A stretch of 64,000 nucleotides of DNA from Spirochaetota bacterium (GCA_037481795.1 JBBFLA010000017.1:1423-65422); one strand, 5' to 3'; numbered from the stretch's first letter, positions 40,552-50,077 are shown. Made by a program: numbers and translations. The notes: generated by a model not told the origin, from the sequence alone.

Positions 40552-41296
40552 GTGAAAACTCCTGTATAAGTTTTTGTGGATCAGCAGCTTTCATGAGAGC
40601 TGTTCCAACTAAATATGTGGTTGTTCCTGTTTGCTCTTTGATGTGTTGTATAGTTTTAGGATTGTCAATGCCACTGGCACAAATCTTTTTAATATTGTAG
40701 GGGATGCTTTTCAGTGTAGCAATAGCTGTGTCATACTCAAGTTCTAGCGTGTTCAGATTCCGTATATTGACCATTATATAATCAGGTTGTAATCTAAGAA
40801 CATAATCAAGTTCATCGTTTGTGTGTACTTCAATAAGTGGTAATAATCCTTTATGAATAGTATATGTATAAAGCTCGTGTAATTCATCATCAGTAAGCAT
40901 AGCTGCAATAAGCAGTATTATATCTGCTCCAGCGTTATATGCAACATCAATCTGTTCAGGATAACATATAAACTCTTTACAAAGGACTGGTAGTGTTACA
41001 GCCTCCGCTACACTCTGTACATCGGTATAGCTTCCACCAAAATACTCACTGTCGGCTAAAACACTCACAGCCTTTGCACCAGCTGTTTGATATAGTGTTG
41101 CTTGTGTTACCGGATCAACATTGTTAATTAAGCCAGCTGATGGTGAAGCTTTTTTAACTTCTGCGATGATATTAATAGAATTATCGCACATAAATGGATA
41201 CATGGGGCGCTTTCGTTTTGAAAATGTTTGTAACAGATTAATAACCTCAGAACGCTGCTTCAATTTTTTATGCTTCATCATTGCAAGTGAAAACAT
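40541..41296 (-). CDS. trpC: Indole-3-glycerol phosphate synthase
   Basis: IAEVKKASPS, LPVLCKEFI, GADIILLI, LVGTALM. Confidence 0.93.
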   Translation of the reverse strand: MFSLAMMKHKKLKQRSEVINLLQTFSKRKRPMYPFMCDNSINIIAEVKKASPSAGLINNVDPVTQATLYQTAGAKAVSVLADSEYFGGSYTDVQSVAEAVTLPVLCKEFICYPEQIDVAYNAGADIILLIAAMLTDDELHELYTYTIHKGLLPLIEVHTNDELDYVLRLQPDYIMVNIRNLNTLELEYDTAIATLKSIPYNIKKICASGIDNPKTIQHIKEQTGTTTYLVGTALMKAADPQKLIQEFSHVC

Positions 41297-41299
41297 GAG

Positions 41300-42304
41300 T
41301 TAACCTTCCTGAAGTTTGGTAAGTGTTTGTGCAACATTGCCACTATGAATGACATCAAGCGCTACCGTAAAATTATTGTCTATGGATGAATTATCATCCA
41401 GTACAAAAAGCGCCAGTGCTGCATTCAACGCTAAAAGCTTGCTAAGCGGTGTAGGTCTATTGCTATTAATAGTTTCAATAAACAGTGTTGCATTCTCCTG
41501 TGGTGACAAATCTTTTGGAATAGCATTAGCTTCATCTTTACTTAAAAAATTTTCTGGATTAATTGAAAACGTGCTGACCTCATTATCACGAATTTCAACA
41601 ACATTGGTTGGATATAGTGGTGACACCTCATCCATGCCATTTGTAGAAGAGTAAAGTATTAGCCGTTCATATCCCAGGGGCAATGCTGCCTGTGCATAAA
41701 CTTCCAAAAATGAAGGATGAAAAACTCCAATCATCTGCCGTTTTGGTTGCAATGGATTGGTAAGTGGTCCTAAATAGTTGAATATGGTTCTAACGCCCAA
41801 TTGTTTTCTAACCGGCGCAGCATGTTTCATAGCAGGATGATAGTTTGGCGCAAACAAAAATATAAATTTATTTTTATTAAAATAACGCACTGCATCCTGG
41901 CCTGAAAGGTTTACTGGTATATTCAAGGCTTCATAAAAATCAGCCGAACCGCTTTTGCTGGTTACGGAACGGTTGCCATGTTTTGCAATTGGGTAGCCCA
42001 TAGCGTTAAGAATAATGGCAACAGCACTGGATATGTTAAATGAATGTGAATGGTCACCACCAGTACCACAGGTATCAAAAACGCTTTCAGTGATGGGAAG
42101 GCTTACTGCAAATTTTCGCATTGATTTAATGGCACCACTGATTTCCTCAGGCTTTTCCCTTCGTACTTTCATTGCAGCAAGTACTGCGGCAAGCTCAACC
42201 TGTGATATCCTGCCATCAAAGATGGAATCAAATAGATACTCAGATTGTTCCATGGACAATGTGTTCCCTTCAATTGTTTGTGTTATAAGTTGTTCTGTAT
42301 TCAT
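41300..42304 (-). CDS. trpD: Anthranilate phosphoribosyltransferase
   Basis: DTCGTGGD, FNISS, AKHGNRSVTSKSGSAD, RTIFN. Confidence 0.96.
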   Translation of the reverse strand: MNTEQLITQTIEGNTLSMEQSEYLFDSIFDGRISQVELAAVLAAMKVRREKPEEISGAIKSMRKFAVSLPITESVFDTCGTGGDHSHSFNISSAVAIILNAMGYPIAKHGNRSVTSKSGSADFYEALNIPVNLSGQDAVRYFNKNKFIFLFAPNYHPAMKHAAPVRKQLGVRTIFNYLGPLTNPLQPKRQMIGVFHPSFLEVYAQAALPLGYERLILYSSTNGMDEVSPLYPTNVVEIRDNEVSTFSINPENFLSKDEANAIPKDLSPQENATLFIETINSNRPTPLSKLLALNAALALFVLDDNSSIDNNFTVALDVIHSGNVAQTLTKLQEG

Positions 42305-42863
42305 AACATCCTCCTGTAAAATTTTTTAAAATCTGTAAACCGTACTCTGATGCGTACGATTCCGGGTGAAACTGTACACCCCACACAAATTTAGTTTTAT
42401 GTTTTAAAGCCATGATTTCACCATCGCTTGAATGGGCTTCAATGCTAAGGCAGTTGGGGAAATTTATTTTACTTACCACCAGTGAATGATAACGGACAGC
42501 GGTAAATCGTTGTGGTATATTGTGGAAAAGATTTCCACCATAGTGCTCAATAATATCAGTTTTACCGTGCATGATTTTTTTTGCATGAACTATCGCTCCA
42601 CCATAAACATATCCAATTGCCTGCATACCTAAGCACACGCCCAGGATGGGTATATCATCAATGTTTTTAATAACAGTAACGGTAATGCCTGAATGCTGTG
42701 GGGACGAAGGGCCAGGTGATAAAATGATACCAATGTACTTGTGGAAATTAATTGAATCAAAATTGGTATCGTTACGGTAAACATCCACCGCGTGTCCCAA
42801 TATGCGCATGTACTCAACTAAGTTATAGGTAAACGAGTCGTAGTTATCAATTATACAGAACAT
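42270..42863 (-). CDS. trpG: Anthranilate synthase component II (glutamine amidotransferase)
   Basis: IDNYDSFTYNL, SPGP, GVCLG, RYHSL, QFHPES; TGATG coupling to trpE. Confidence 0.95.
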   Translation of the reverse strand: MFCIIDNYDSFTYNLVEYMRILGHAVDVYRNDTNFDSINFHKYIGIILSPGPSSPQHSGITVTVIKNIDDIPILGVCLGMQAIGYVYGGAIVHAKKIMHGKTDIIEHYGGNLFHNIPQRFTAVRYHSLVVSKINFPNCLSIEAHSSDGEIMALKHKTKFVWGVQFHPESYASEYGLQILKNFTGGCYEYRTTYNTNN

Positions 42864-44356
42864 CACACGATCTCCTTTAATGATGTAGTAACTTTTGCAA
42901 AAGGCAGGCTTACTGAAAGCGCTTTAAGTTTATTTACTATTTCATTAAATTCATTTTCCGGGATACTATCGTACACAATGCCAGCACCCGCCTGTAAAAA
43001 TGATCCTTGCGGTGAAAAAACTGCCGTGCGAATAGTAATACAGGTATCCATTGTGTTATTGAATCCAATGTAGCCAACACACCCAGCGTAAATGCCACGC
43101 GGATGTGGTTCAAGCTGGTCAATAATCTCAATAGCACGAACTTTTGGTGCACCACTCACTGTGCCAGCGGGAAAGCTGTGGCGCAGCACATCGCTTAAAC
43201 GTATGCCATCGTTGAGTGTGGCAGTAACATTTGAAACCAAATGAATAACGTGTGAATAATCTTCCGGTTGCATGAACTGTCCTACCTGCACGCTTCCCGG
43301 CCTTGCAATGATGCTTAAATCATTGCGTGCTAAATCAACAAGCATCAGGTGCTCTGCGCGTTCCTTTTCGTTATTGAGCAAAAGTTCCTTATTTTTAATA
43401 TTTTGACTTTTTGTTTTTCCCTGGGCGATAGTTCCTGCAATTGGCCGCAATGTGGCAATATTGTCCTGTACTTTAACATGAATCTCAGGCGAGCTACCGG
43501 CAACAGTAAGATCCCCATGTTTCATATAAAACATATATGGTGATGGGTTGACCTGCCTCAGTTTAAGATAAAACCGGTAAGGGTCAACAGGTTCATTGAT
43601 GTATGCCCGCATACTTAACACGATCTGTAACGCCTCACCATCTTCAATTAAGGTTTTTGCCTGTGATACTGAATCCATGAATGTTTCCGGCAAGCTGCTG
43701 AAATTCAGATTTATTGATTCAGAGTATGCAGGAAGGTACGGTAACGAAGTTGAGGAGAGAGCAGTGATAATGTTGTCTTCGTAGGAATCAAGGCGTTGTA
43801 TTGCCTGATTGTAGGCTGATTCAATGCTGCCTTCATCAGTGTAGATACATGTGGCAATATAGTAGGTGTTATACTTATTGTCGTAGCAGATGAAGTCATC
43901 AATGTGGTGCAGTGCCATTAAAGGATGCAGTGTGTCTTCATGTATGGGCTGGCGCAGGTGCCCGGTGTAGTTAACCAGATCATACGAAAAATAACCTGAC
44001 AACCCGCCATTGTATGAACCAAAGCGGTTAAAAGACGGTGAGCAATAGCGGGCTATGTATCTGTCAATAAAATCAAATGGATCGACACAGGGGATTGTTG
44101 TTGTTTTAGAGCTATCGTTTATAATAATATATGGTGGGGTAAAGTATAGCGTTTGTACAGGATTAAAACCTAAAAATGAAAATCTGCTTTGCTTTTTGTT
44201 TTGTCTGGCGCTTTCAAAGAAGATACAGTCACCGTTATTAATAAATGATTTTAATAGAAGCAGTAAACCCGGATGGGAAATATTAAGCTGTTTATAGATA
44301 GGGATGCGGTTATATGTGCTGCTTAAATTTTTGCATTGTTGTAATGTTGGATACAT
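42863..44356 (-). CDS. trpE: Anthranilate synthase component I
   Basis: NPSPYM, GSSPE, PIAGT, EHLMLVDLARND, FPAGTVSGAPK, QAGAGIV; AAGGAG RBS. Confidence 0.97.
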   Translation of the reverse strand: MYPTLQQCKNLSSTYNRIPIYKQLNISHPGLLLLLKSFINNGDCIFFESARQNKKQSRFSFLGFNPVQTLYFTPPYIIINDSSKTTTIPCVDPFDFIDRYIARYCSPSFNRFGSYNGGLSGYFSYDLVNYTGHLRQPIHEDTLHPLMALHHIDDFICYDNKYNTYYIATCIYTDEGSIESAYNQAIQRLDSYEDNIITALSSTSLPYLPAYSESINLNFSSLPETFMDSVSQAKTLIEDGEALQIVLSMRAYINEPVDPYRFYLKLRQVNPSPYMFYMKHGDLTVAGSSPEIHVKVQDNIATLRPIAGTIAQGKTKSQNIKNKELLLNNEKERAEHLMLVDLARNDLSIIARPGSVQVGQFMQPEDYSHVIHLVSNVTATLNDGIRLSDVLRHSFPAGTVSGAPKVRAIEIIDQLEPHPRGIYAGCVGYIGFNNTMDTCITIRTAVFSPQGSFLQAGAGIVYDSIPENEFNEIVNKLKALSVSLPFAKVTTSLKEIV

Positions 44357-44379
44357 TGTCTTACTCCTTGAATTAAAAT

Positions 44380-44412
44380 AAAAAAGCCGTGGATTCTGGT
44401 TAAACCCACGGC
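44380..44412 (-). terminator. Second (distal) trp attenuator terminator
   Basis: Minus strand GCCGTGGGTT...AATCCACGGC followed by TTTTTT. Confidence 0.8.
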
Positions 44413-44425
44413 CTATAGTGTGCTT

Positions 44426-44463
44426 AAAAAAAAGCCGTGGGTTTGATGTCCACCCACGGCTTT
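44426..44463 (-). terminator. First trp attenuator terminator
   Basis: Minus strand AAAGCCGTGGGT-GGACATCAA-ACCCACGGCTTTTTTTT. Confidence 0.85.
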
Positions 44464-44492
44464 GCCATTTTCATTTATACAATAATAGCCCT

Positions 44493-44564
44493 TCAGGTGG
44501 ACATCACGTTTGTCCACCACCACCAGCTATTATTAATTGCAAATGTTAATAATGTAATCTTCAT
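44493..44564 (-). CDS. trpL: trp operon leader peptide
   Basis: MKITLLTFAINNSWWWWTNVMST: four consecutive TGG codons, followed by attenuator hairpins upstream of trpE. Confidence 0.9.
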   Translation of the reverse strand: MKITLLTFAINNSWWWWTNVMST

Positions 44565-44643
44565 TGCCGTTTTACATTGACTGCCTTTAAAATTATATCG
44601 TTTTATGACATAAAAACTAAGAATAAAAAATGTCAACAATTTT

Positions 44644-44805
44644 TTATTTTTCAATCTTTACATCATCTTTTTGATGTTTATCTATGCTCTGTTCCACAGG
44701 GCATGATTGCGATAGTCAGGTCCGTATTCCAAGCTTTGGAAATACATAAATATTCAATGCAAACCACAGTGCCATAAGAATCAAAAACCAGATAGCTTCT
44801 TTCAT
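44644..44805 (-). CDS. Candidate 53-aa membrane-anchored selenoprotein (U30-x4-C35)
   Basis: MKEAIWFLILMALWFALNIYVFPKLGIRT-TGA-LSQSCPVEQSIDKHQKDDVKIEK; TGA at 44716-44718; SECIS-like hairpin 11 nt downstream; AAGGTG RBS. Confidence 0.65.
44684..44704 (-). promoter_or_regulatory. Candidate bacterial SECIS for TGA 44716-44718
   Basis: AUGC-C-CUG[UGGAA]CAG-A-GCAU stem-loop. Confidence 0.6.
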
Positions 44806-44823
44806 ACCTGCACCTTTTACCAT

Positions 44824-45129
44824 TTAACCACAGGATGAACCTGTATCAACCATAAAACCAGCACCATACGGTGTGTCCACAAAATCTATAGTAACATTTG
44901 TACCTGCATCCATAAATCGTGCAATATCGCTGTCATAGATTACCGGTATTTCGTTTGCAATTATAACAGTATCTTTAGTATTTTCTGACTCATCCAGAGC
45001 CAGACCCAAACGGGGACCACCTCATCCAATGCCGGCAAAAACCAAACGAAGTCCTGGATGCTTAAAATCAACATCTTTAGCAGCTTCTATAATTTTTTGT
45101 TTAGCCGAATCTGTAATAGTTATGCTCAT
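44824..45129 (-). CDS. HesB/IscA-like selenoprotein (Sec36)
   Basis: MSITITDSAKQKI...GLRLVFAGIG-TGA-GGPRLGLALDES...GSSCG; TGA (45022-45024) lies at the HesB GxCG Cys position. The ORF track shows only the part after the TGA. Confidence 0.88.
44984..45004 (-). promoter_or_regulatory. Bacterial SECIS for the HesB-like gene
   Basis: UCUGGCUC[UGGAU]GAGUCAGA: 8-bp stem with one G-U pair, 17 nt after the UGA. Confidence 0.75.
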
Positions 45130-45394
45130 AATTGTACCATGTTTAATATTTAAGATACTAATAAAATACTAATAATTTTAAAAAATTTCAAGAATTTTTT
45201 ATAGTATTTACAATATGCTAAATTGACAGCATCTTTAAGCCGTTTAACTGGTTTTTCAAAACTACTGTAAATTTTATTTTTTCCCATTTTTTAAATGTAA
45301 AATTTCCTCTTTCTATATTGGTTGAAAAACTGATTAAAATTTACAATAAGTTACTACACTACCATGTATTAATATCCTGTATTATTAAAATTAA

Positions 45395-45423
45395 TTGACA
45401 CTACTACATTATACGCGTATCTT
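45395..45423 (+). promoter_or_regulatory. Sigma70-type promoter of the MNT-HEPN pair
   Basis: TTGACA-17 nt-TATCTT. Confidence 0.55.
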
Positions 45424-45457
45424 ATAGTCTATCAGTTGATTAAAAGGGAAATCGGTA

Positions 45458-45781
45458 ATGTTACCAATAGAAAAAGAGGTTCTTGAGACAATTTCTGCTA
45501 TTCTTAAAAATAAATTTGGTAGCAGGGTTGTCGGGATATATGCATTTGGTTCGCGCGTTCGAGGGGATTTTAGTTTCGATTCGGATTTTGATGTTTTGAT
45601 TGTGGTAGATAATAAAACACCTGAAGTAGAACGTGAGATAATCTCAATTATTGTTGATGAAGAAATGAAATATAATCTTTCATTTTCTCCTTTGATAAAA
45701 GATGCAACATCCTTTGAATATGAAAAGCTTTATCATAGCCCTTTTTATGAAAACGTTGTCAAAGAAGGTATTAAATTATGA
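45458..45781 (+). CDS. Minimal nucleotidyltransferase (MNT) antitoxin
   Basis: FGSRVRGD...SDFDVLIV (GSx10DxD). Confidence 0.9.
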   Translation: MLPIEKEVLETISAILKNKFGSRVVGIYAFGSRVRGDFSFDSDFDVLIVVDNKTPEVEREIISIIVDEEMKYNLSFSPLIKDATSFEYEKLYHSPFYENVVKEGIKL

Positions 45782-46182
45782 CATTAAATGCAGATGAAAA
45801 AAAGACGTTGAGTGATATCCGAATGCAAAAAGCACTGGAATTTCTTGATGATGCCAAAATTAACTTAGATAATAAACGGTATAGAACCTCAGTGAATAGA
45901 AGTTACTATGCTGCTTTGAATGCCTTACGTTCATTATTAATTCTTGATGGAGCAAATCCAGAATCACATGATGGAGTTGTAACTATGATAAGTTTACGAT
46001 TTATAAAAACAGGTGTATTGCCAGTAGATATAGTTAAGAATTTTAAGATTCTCTTATCACGAAGGACAGATGTTGATTATGGCGATTTTGATAACATTAA
46101 TGAAGATGATGCAAAGGAATCGTATACAATTGCTTCATCAATTATTGAAACAGTAAATTATACACGGCAAAAGCTTGTATAA
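45778..46182 (+). CDS. HEPN domain protein (partner of MNT)
   Basis: NRSYYA, SHDGV, RRTDVDY; ATGA overlap with the MNT gene. Confidence 0.9.
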   Translation: MTLNADEKKTLSDIRMQKALEFLDDAKINLDNKRYRTSVNRSYYAALNALRSLLILDGANPESHDGVVTMISLRFIKTGVLPVDIVKNFKILLSRRTDVDYGDFDNINEDDAKESYTIASSIIETVNYTRQKLV

Positions 46183-46222
46183 AAGGTGTATAGAGAAGAT
46201 ATTCTTTTTTACGTTAAAAATA

Positions 46223-48598
46223 CTAATACACTATATCCAGCACTTCCTCAAAATAGCTTACAAACCGCGCATCAATCCCTTTTTTAATGTGTTCAGGCAA
46301 CTCATCAAAGTCTTTTTTGTTTTCAGCCGGGTAAATGATTGTTTTTACCTTAGCTCGTTTTGCTGCAAGGGTCTTTTCTTTTACTCCGCCAATGGGAAGC
46401 ACTCTTCCGGTAATGGTAAGCTCACCGGTCATTGCCACACTTTTTTTTATGGGTTTGTTTTTGGCAAGTGAGTACAGCGCCGTTGCCATGGTTATACCGG
46501 CTGATGGACCATCCTTTGGTGTGGCTCCTGCAGGCACATGCAGATGTATAAAATGTTTTTCAAAGAAATCGGGGTCAATGCCAAACTGCTTAACTTTGGA
46601 GCGAATATATGAATAGGCAATCTCTGTTGATTCCTTCATAACATTGCCAAGCTGTCCTGTTTGAGTAAATCCTTTTGTTTTTGATGGAATGGCAGTTGCT
46701 TCAATATACAGCGTTGCACCACCCAGGCTTGTCCAGGCAAGTCCCATAACAACTCCTGGAATTGGTTTTTTATACAGTGATTCATCGGTAAAGCGAGGTT
46801 TGCCCAAAAACTCTTCTAAATTTTGAGTTGTGACAGTAACTGTTGATGTTGTCCCTTCAATAATTTGTCGGGTAGCTTTTCGCATAATCTTTTTTATGTT
46901 ATTTTCCAGACTTCGGACACCAGCTTCACGTGCATATCCGTCTATGATATTTTTCAGGGATGCTGTATCTATCTTAACTTCGTTTTTATACAGTCCATGC
47001 TCTTTCAGTTGTTTGGGTATCAGGTATCGCTTTGCTATCTCTAATTTTTCTTCCAGTATATAGCCTGAAAGATGCATAATCTCCATACGGTCCATCAAAG
47101 GCAGGGGTATGGTGTCTAATTGATTTGCGGTTGCAATGAAAAGGATATTGGATAAATCATAGCGTACATCTAAATAATGATCAAGGAACTGAGAATTCTG
47201 CTCAGGGTCAAGTACTTCCAGTAATGCTGATGCAGGATCGCCCTGAAAGCTTGCTCCTATTTTATCTATCTCATCAAGCATGATAACGGGGTTTGATGTT
47301 TCCACCACTTTAAGGCTCTGGATAATCTTTCCAGGCATGGCACCAATGTAGGTCCGTCGGTGCCCTTTGATTTCAGCTTCATCGCGCATGCCACCAAGTG
47401 AAAAGCGATAAAATTTTCGGTTCAATGCAGCGGCAACTGATTTACCAATGGATGTTTTACCAACACCGGGAGGCCCAACAAAACAAATTATTGAACCGGT
47501 AATACTGCCCTTCTTTTTGCCAGCACTGATAAATTCTAAAATTCTATCTTTAATATCCTGGAGCCCATAGTGATCGCGGTCCAGAATTTTTTTTGCTTTA
47601 TGAATGTCATAGTTGTCCTGCGAATAAATTCCCCATGGCAGTGAAGTAAGCCAGTCTAAATAATTTCGGCTTACACCATATTCGGCTGAATGCGGCTCAA
47701 GTACTTTTAATTTTTCTAATTCTTCGTTAAAACGCTTTAATGCTTCTTCACTTAACTTAAGTTTTTTGACACGCTCTTCAAACTTTTCAATTTCAGAAGT
47801 TTTTTCGTCTTTTTCAAGTCCAAGCTCTTTTTTGATTTCTTTAAGCTGTTCTCGTAAAAAGAATTCCTTTTGATTTTTGGCAATACGTTCTTCAATTTGC
47901 TGTGAAATCTTTTTCTGTAATTTTGATAATTCTAGTTCTTTCTTTAAAAGTAAAAGTACCTTTTCTACACGCGCTTTAACATCAAATGTTTCAAGAATTT
48001 CCTGCACCTCTGCAGGTTCGGCTGAAGTGAGGGATGCAACAAAATCAGCTAATTTACCAGGGTCTTCTAAGCTAAAGCGGTTTAAGAAAAGTTTTAACTC
48101 TTCCTGAAATAATGAGTTTGATTTTATTAGCTCTTTTACAGACGAAAGGATAGCAGCCGAGTAGGCTTTCATCTCGTCGGTTGGCTCAAACTCAGGTTCA
48201 TAGTAATGGTCCACCTTCCAGCGAATCACTGGTTGCTCAGTCATAACCTGTACCAGGGTAAAGCGCTTCAATGCATTTACCATTACCTGTATGGTGTTTT
48301 CGTCGATAGGAGCTATCTTCAATACCTTGATGGTAACTCCAACCTTATAAAGGTCTTCAGATGTAACCATGCCTTCACGCTGATTCTGGATTAACACAAC
48401 GCCGCCAATTTTATGGTCGGATTCAGCAATGGCGCGTGCGGTGGCAAGCATGGTTTCACCGGTAAGCACCAGTGGTACCATCATGCCGGGGAATATAGGC
48501 CTGTGGGATATGGGTATAATGGGTATAATTTCGGGCAAAATTTCAGACGGCAGTATTAGGTGTTTTGACTCAACAACATGATTTGAATCATCAGACAT
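46223..48598 (-). CDS. lon: ATP-dependent Lon protease
   Basis: GPPGVGKTS, GHRRTYIGAMPG, LDEIDK, PKDGPSAG catalytic Ser. Confidence 0.98.
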   Translation of the reverse strand: MSDDSNHVVESKHLILPSEILPEIIPIIPISHRPIFPGMMVPLVLTGETMLATARAIAESDHKIGGVVLIQNQREGMVTSEDLYKVGVTIKVLKIAPIDENTIQVMVNALKRFTLVQVMTEQPVIRWKVDHYYEPEFEPTDEMKAYSAAILSSVKELIKSNSLFQEELKLFLNRFSLEDPGKLADFVASLTSAEPAEVQEILETFDVKARVEKVLLLLKKELELSKLQKKISQQIEERIAKNQKEFFLREQLKEIKKELGLEKDEKTSEIEKFEERVKKLKLSEEALKRFNEELEKLKVLEPHSAEYGVSRNYLDWLTSLPWGIYSQDNYDIHKAKKILDRDHYGLQDIKDRILEFISAGKKKGSITGSIICFVGPPGVGKTSIGKSVAAALNRKFYRFSLGGMRDEAEIKGHRRTYIGAMPGKIIQSLKVVETSNPVIMLDEIDKIGASFQGDPASALLEVLDPEQNSQFLDHYLDVRYDLSNILFIATANQLDTIPLPLMDRMEIMHLSGYILEEKLEIAKRYLIPKQLKEHGLYKNEVKIDTASLKNIIDGYAREAGVRSLENNIKKIMRKATRQIIEGTTSTVTVTTQNLEEFLGKPRFTDESLYKKPIPGVVMGLAWTSLGGATLYIEATAIPSKTKGFTQTGQLGNVMKESTEIAYSYIRSKVKQFGIDPDFFEKHFIHLHVPAGATPKDGPSAGITMATALYSLAKNKPIKKSVAMTGELTITGRVLPIGGVKEKTLAAKRAKVKTIIYPAENKKDFDELPEHIKKGIDARFVSYFEEVLDIVY

Positions 48599-48899
48599 AA
48601 AATTTTACCTCTTACAATTTGTTTTTTATAATAATGTAGCAGAGCGGGTTTTAAAAATCAAGATAAAATCATATAAGGGAATTATATACAATGCTAACTA
48701 TCAATAGAAAATTATTAATCCAGCTGGATTGGAAAAAATTATAAAAAAGGATTTACATATTAATAGCAGTAATTACAATGATACAACGATTGTACATCTA
48801 ATGTAATATTATTCATATTATTAAGAAACTACAATATATCATCAATGCACATTTGGAGGATACAGCACATACAATTAAAATGTTTTGTGGAGGATAAAA

Positions 48900-49904
48900 A
48901 TGATTATTAAAAGACTACTGCATATTTCATACACTTTAATTGTATTCCTTATTATTACTATTTTATCTATTGGTTGTAAACCTCAGCAAAAAGCAGTTCC
49001 TGCGCATGTTATTTTTACTCAAGGCGATGTAACAATACTTCGTAATGATGTAAACATCCCTGTAGTTTTGGGGCAGGTTGTAGAGACTAATGATATCATT
49101 GCAACAGGCAGCCAGTCTATTGCAGTTGTGCAAATAGCTGATAAGGCAGTCGTGCATATCGGCAGTAACAGTAAAGTAGCAGTAAATTCCCTCATAGACA
49201 CTTCCACAACACTGTATTTAGAAAAAGGTGAGATAATATCAAAGGTTGAACGCTTGCAGAAGGGTCAGGAATATGTTATAAAAACACGATCGGTTGTAGC
49301 AAGTGTACGTGGAACACAATTTCTGGTTAAAGCTGATGAAAAGATTGGCAAGATAGCTGTGAATACTGGCAGTGTAAGTGTAAAACCAATTGCTGAAACC
49401 AAAGAAGCTCAGGTAACAGAAGTTAAAGAAACAATGGTTGAAGCAGGTAAAGAGGCGATAGTTACTGTTGAGGAAGAAACGGCGGCTAAAGAGGTGCCGG
49501 TTGCCATACAGGAGATTTCGGTAAAAGACAAAATAAAGATTGAAACAGCCGCAAAGGTTGAAGTGCTGCCGCAGGAGGTTTTAGTAAAACCAGAGGCACT
49601 TGAAAAAGTTCAGGATACAATAAAACAGAATGTTGAGAAAGTACAGAAGATAGAAACATTGACAGATGATGAACTAAAACAGCAGATCAAAAAGGAGCGT
49701 ATAGAGCGCCTGATGCAGCAAAAAACAAGAACACTGGAGGAAATAAAAGAAGCGTGTGAACGCATTGATGTGGTGCGCTTATATTCTGGTAAGCAAATAC
49801 AGGGAGCAATTATCAGTAGAGGCGATAGTTATAAGATATTGACCACAACCGGAATAATAGATGTCCCAAAAAAGGATGTCAGATCGGTTAGCGTAATGCG
49901 ATAG
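48900..49904 (+). CDS. FecR-domain lipoprotein (LipL45-like)
   Basis: SIGC lipobox; VASVRGTQF FecR motif; coiled coil; C-terminal small beta domain; GGAGG RBS. Confidence 0.8.
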   Translation: MIIKRLLHISYTLIVFLIITILSIGCKPQQKAVPAHVIFTQGDVTILRNDVNIPVVLGQVVETNDIIATGSQSIAVVQIADKAVVHIGSNSKVAVNSLIDTSTTLYLEKGEIISKVERLQKGQEYVIKTRSVVASVRGTQFLVKADEKIGKIAVNTGSVSVKPIAETKEAQVTEVKETMVEAGKEAIVTVEEETAAKEVPVAIQEISVKDKIKIETAAKVEVLPQEVLVKPEALEKVQDTIKQNVEKVQKIETLTDDELKQQIKKERIERLMQQKTRTLEEIKEACERIDVVRLYSGKQIQGAIISRGDSYKILTTTGIIDVPKKDVRSVSVMR

Positions 49905-50077
49905 GTATGCACAATGACATGGGAAGTAGCGTCATTGCAAGATTAAATATCATCGTCATTGCGAGCGCAGCGCTTATTTAAGTTATTCCATTGCATACAA
50001 AAGCCCACAGGAATGAAAAAGCCTGATGCATGTAAGAGTATATGTGGGCAATATACAATACATTATAGGAGCATGTT

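Noticed and set aside
44357-44640. T-box or TRAP control of the trp operon
   Set aside because: No T-box sequence or (G/U)AG repeat array; the leader peptide explains the region.
44577-44777. 66-aa plus-strand ORF
   Set aside because: Antisense to the small selenoprotein candidate and the trp promoter region; no RBS or motif.
44824-45009. 61-aa TTG-start ORF from the track
   Set aside because: It is the C-terminal part of the HesB-like selenoprotein that starts at 45129.
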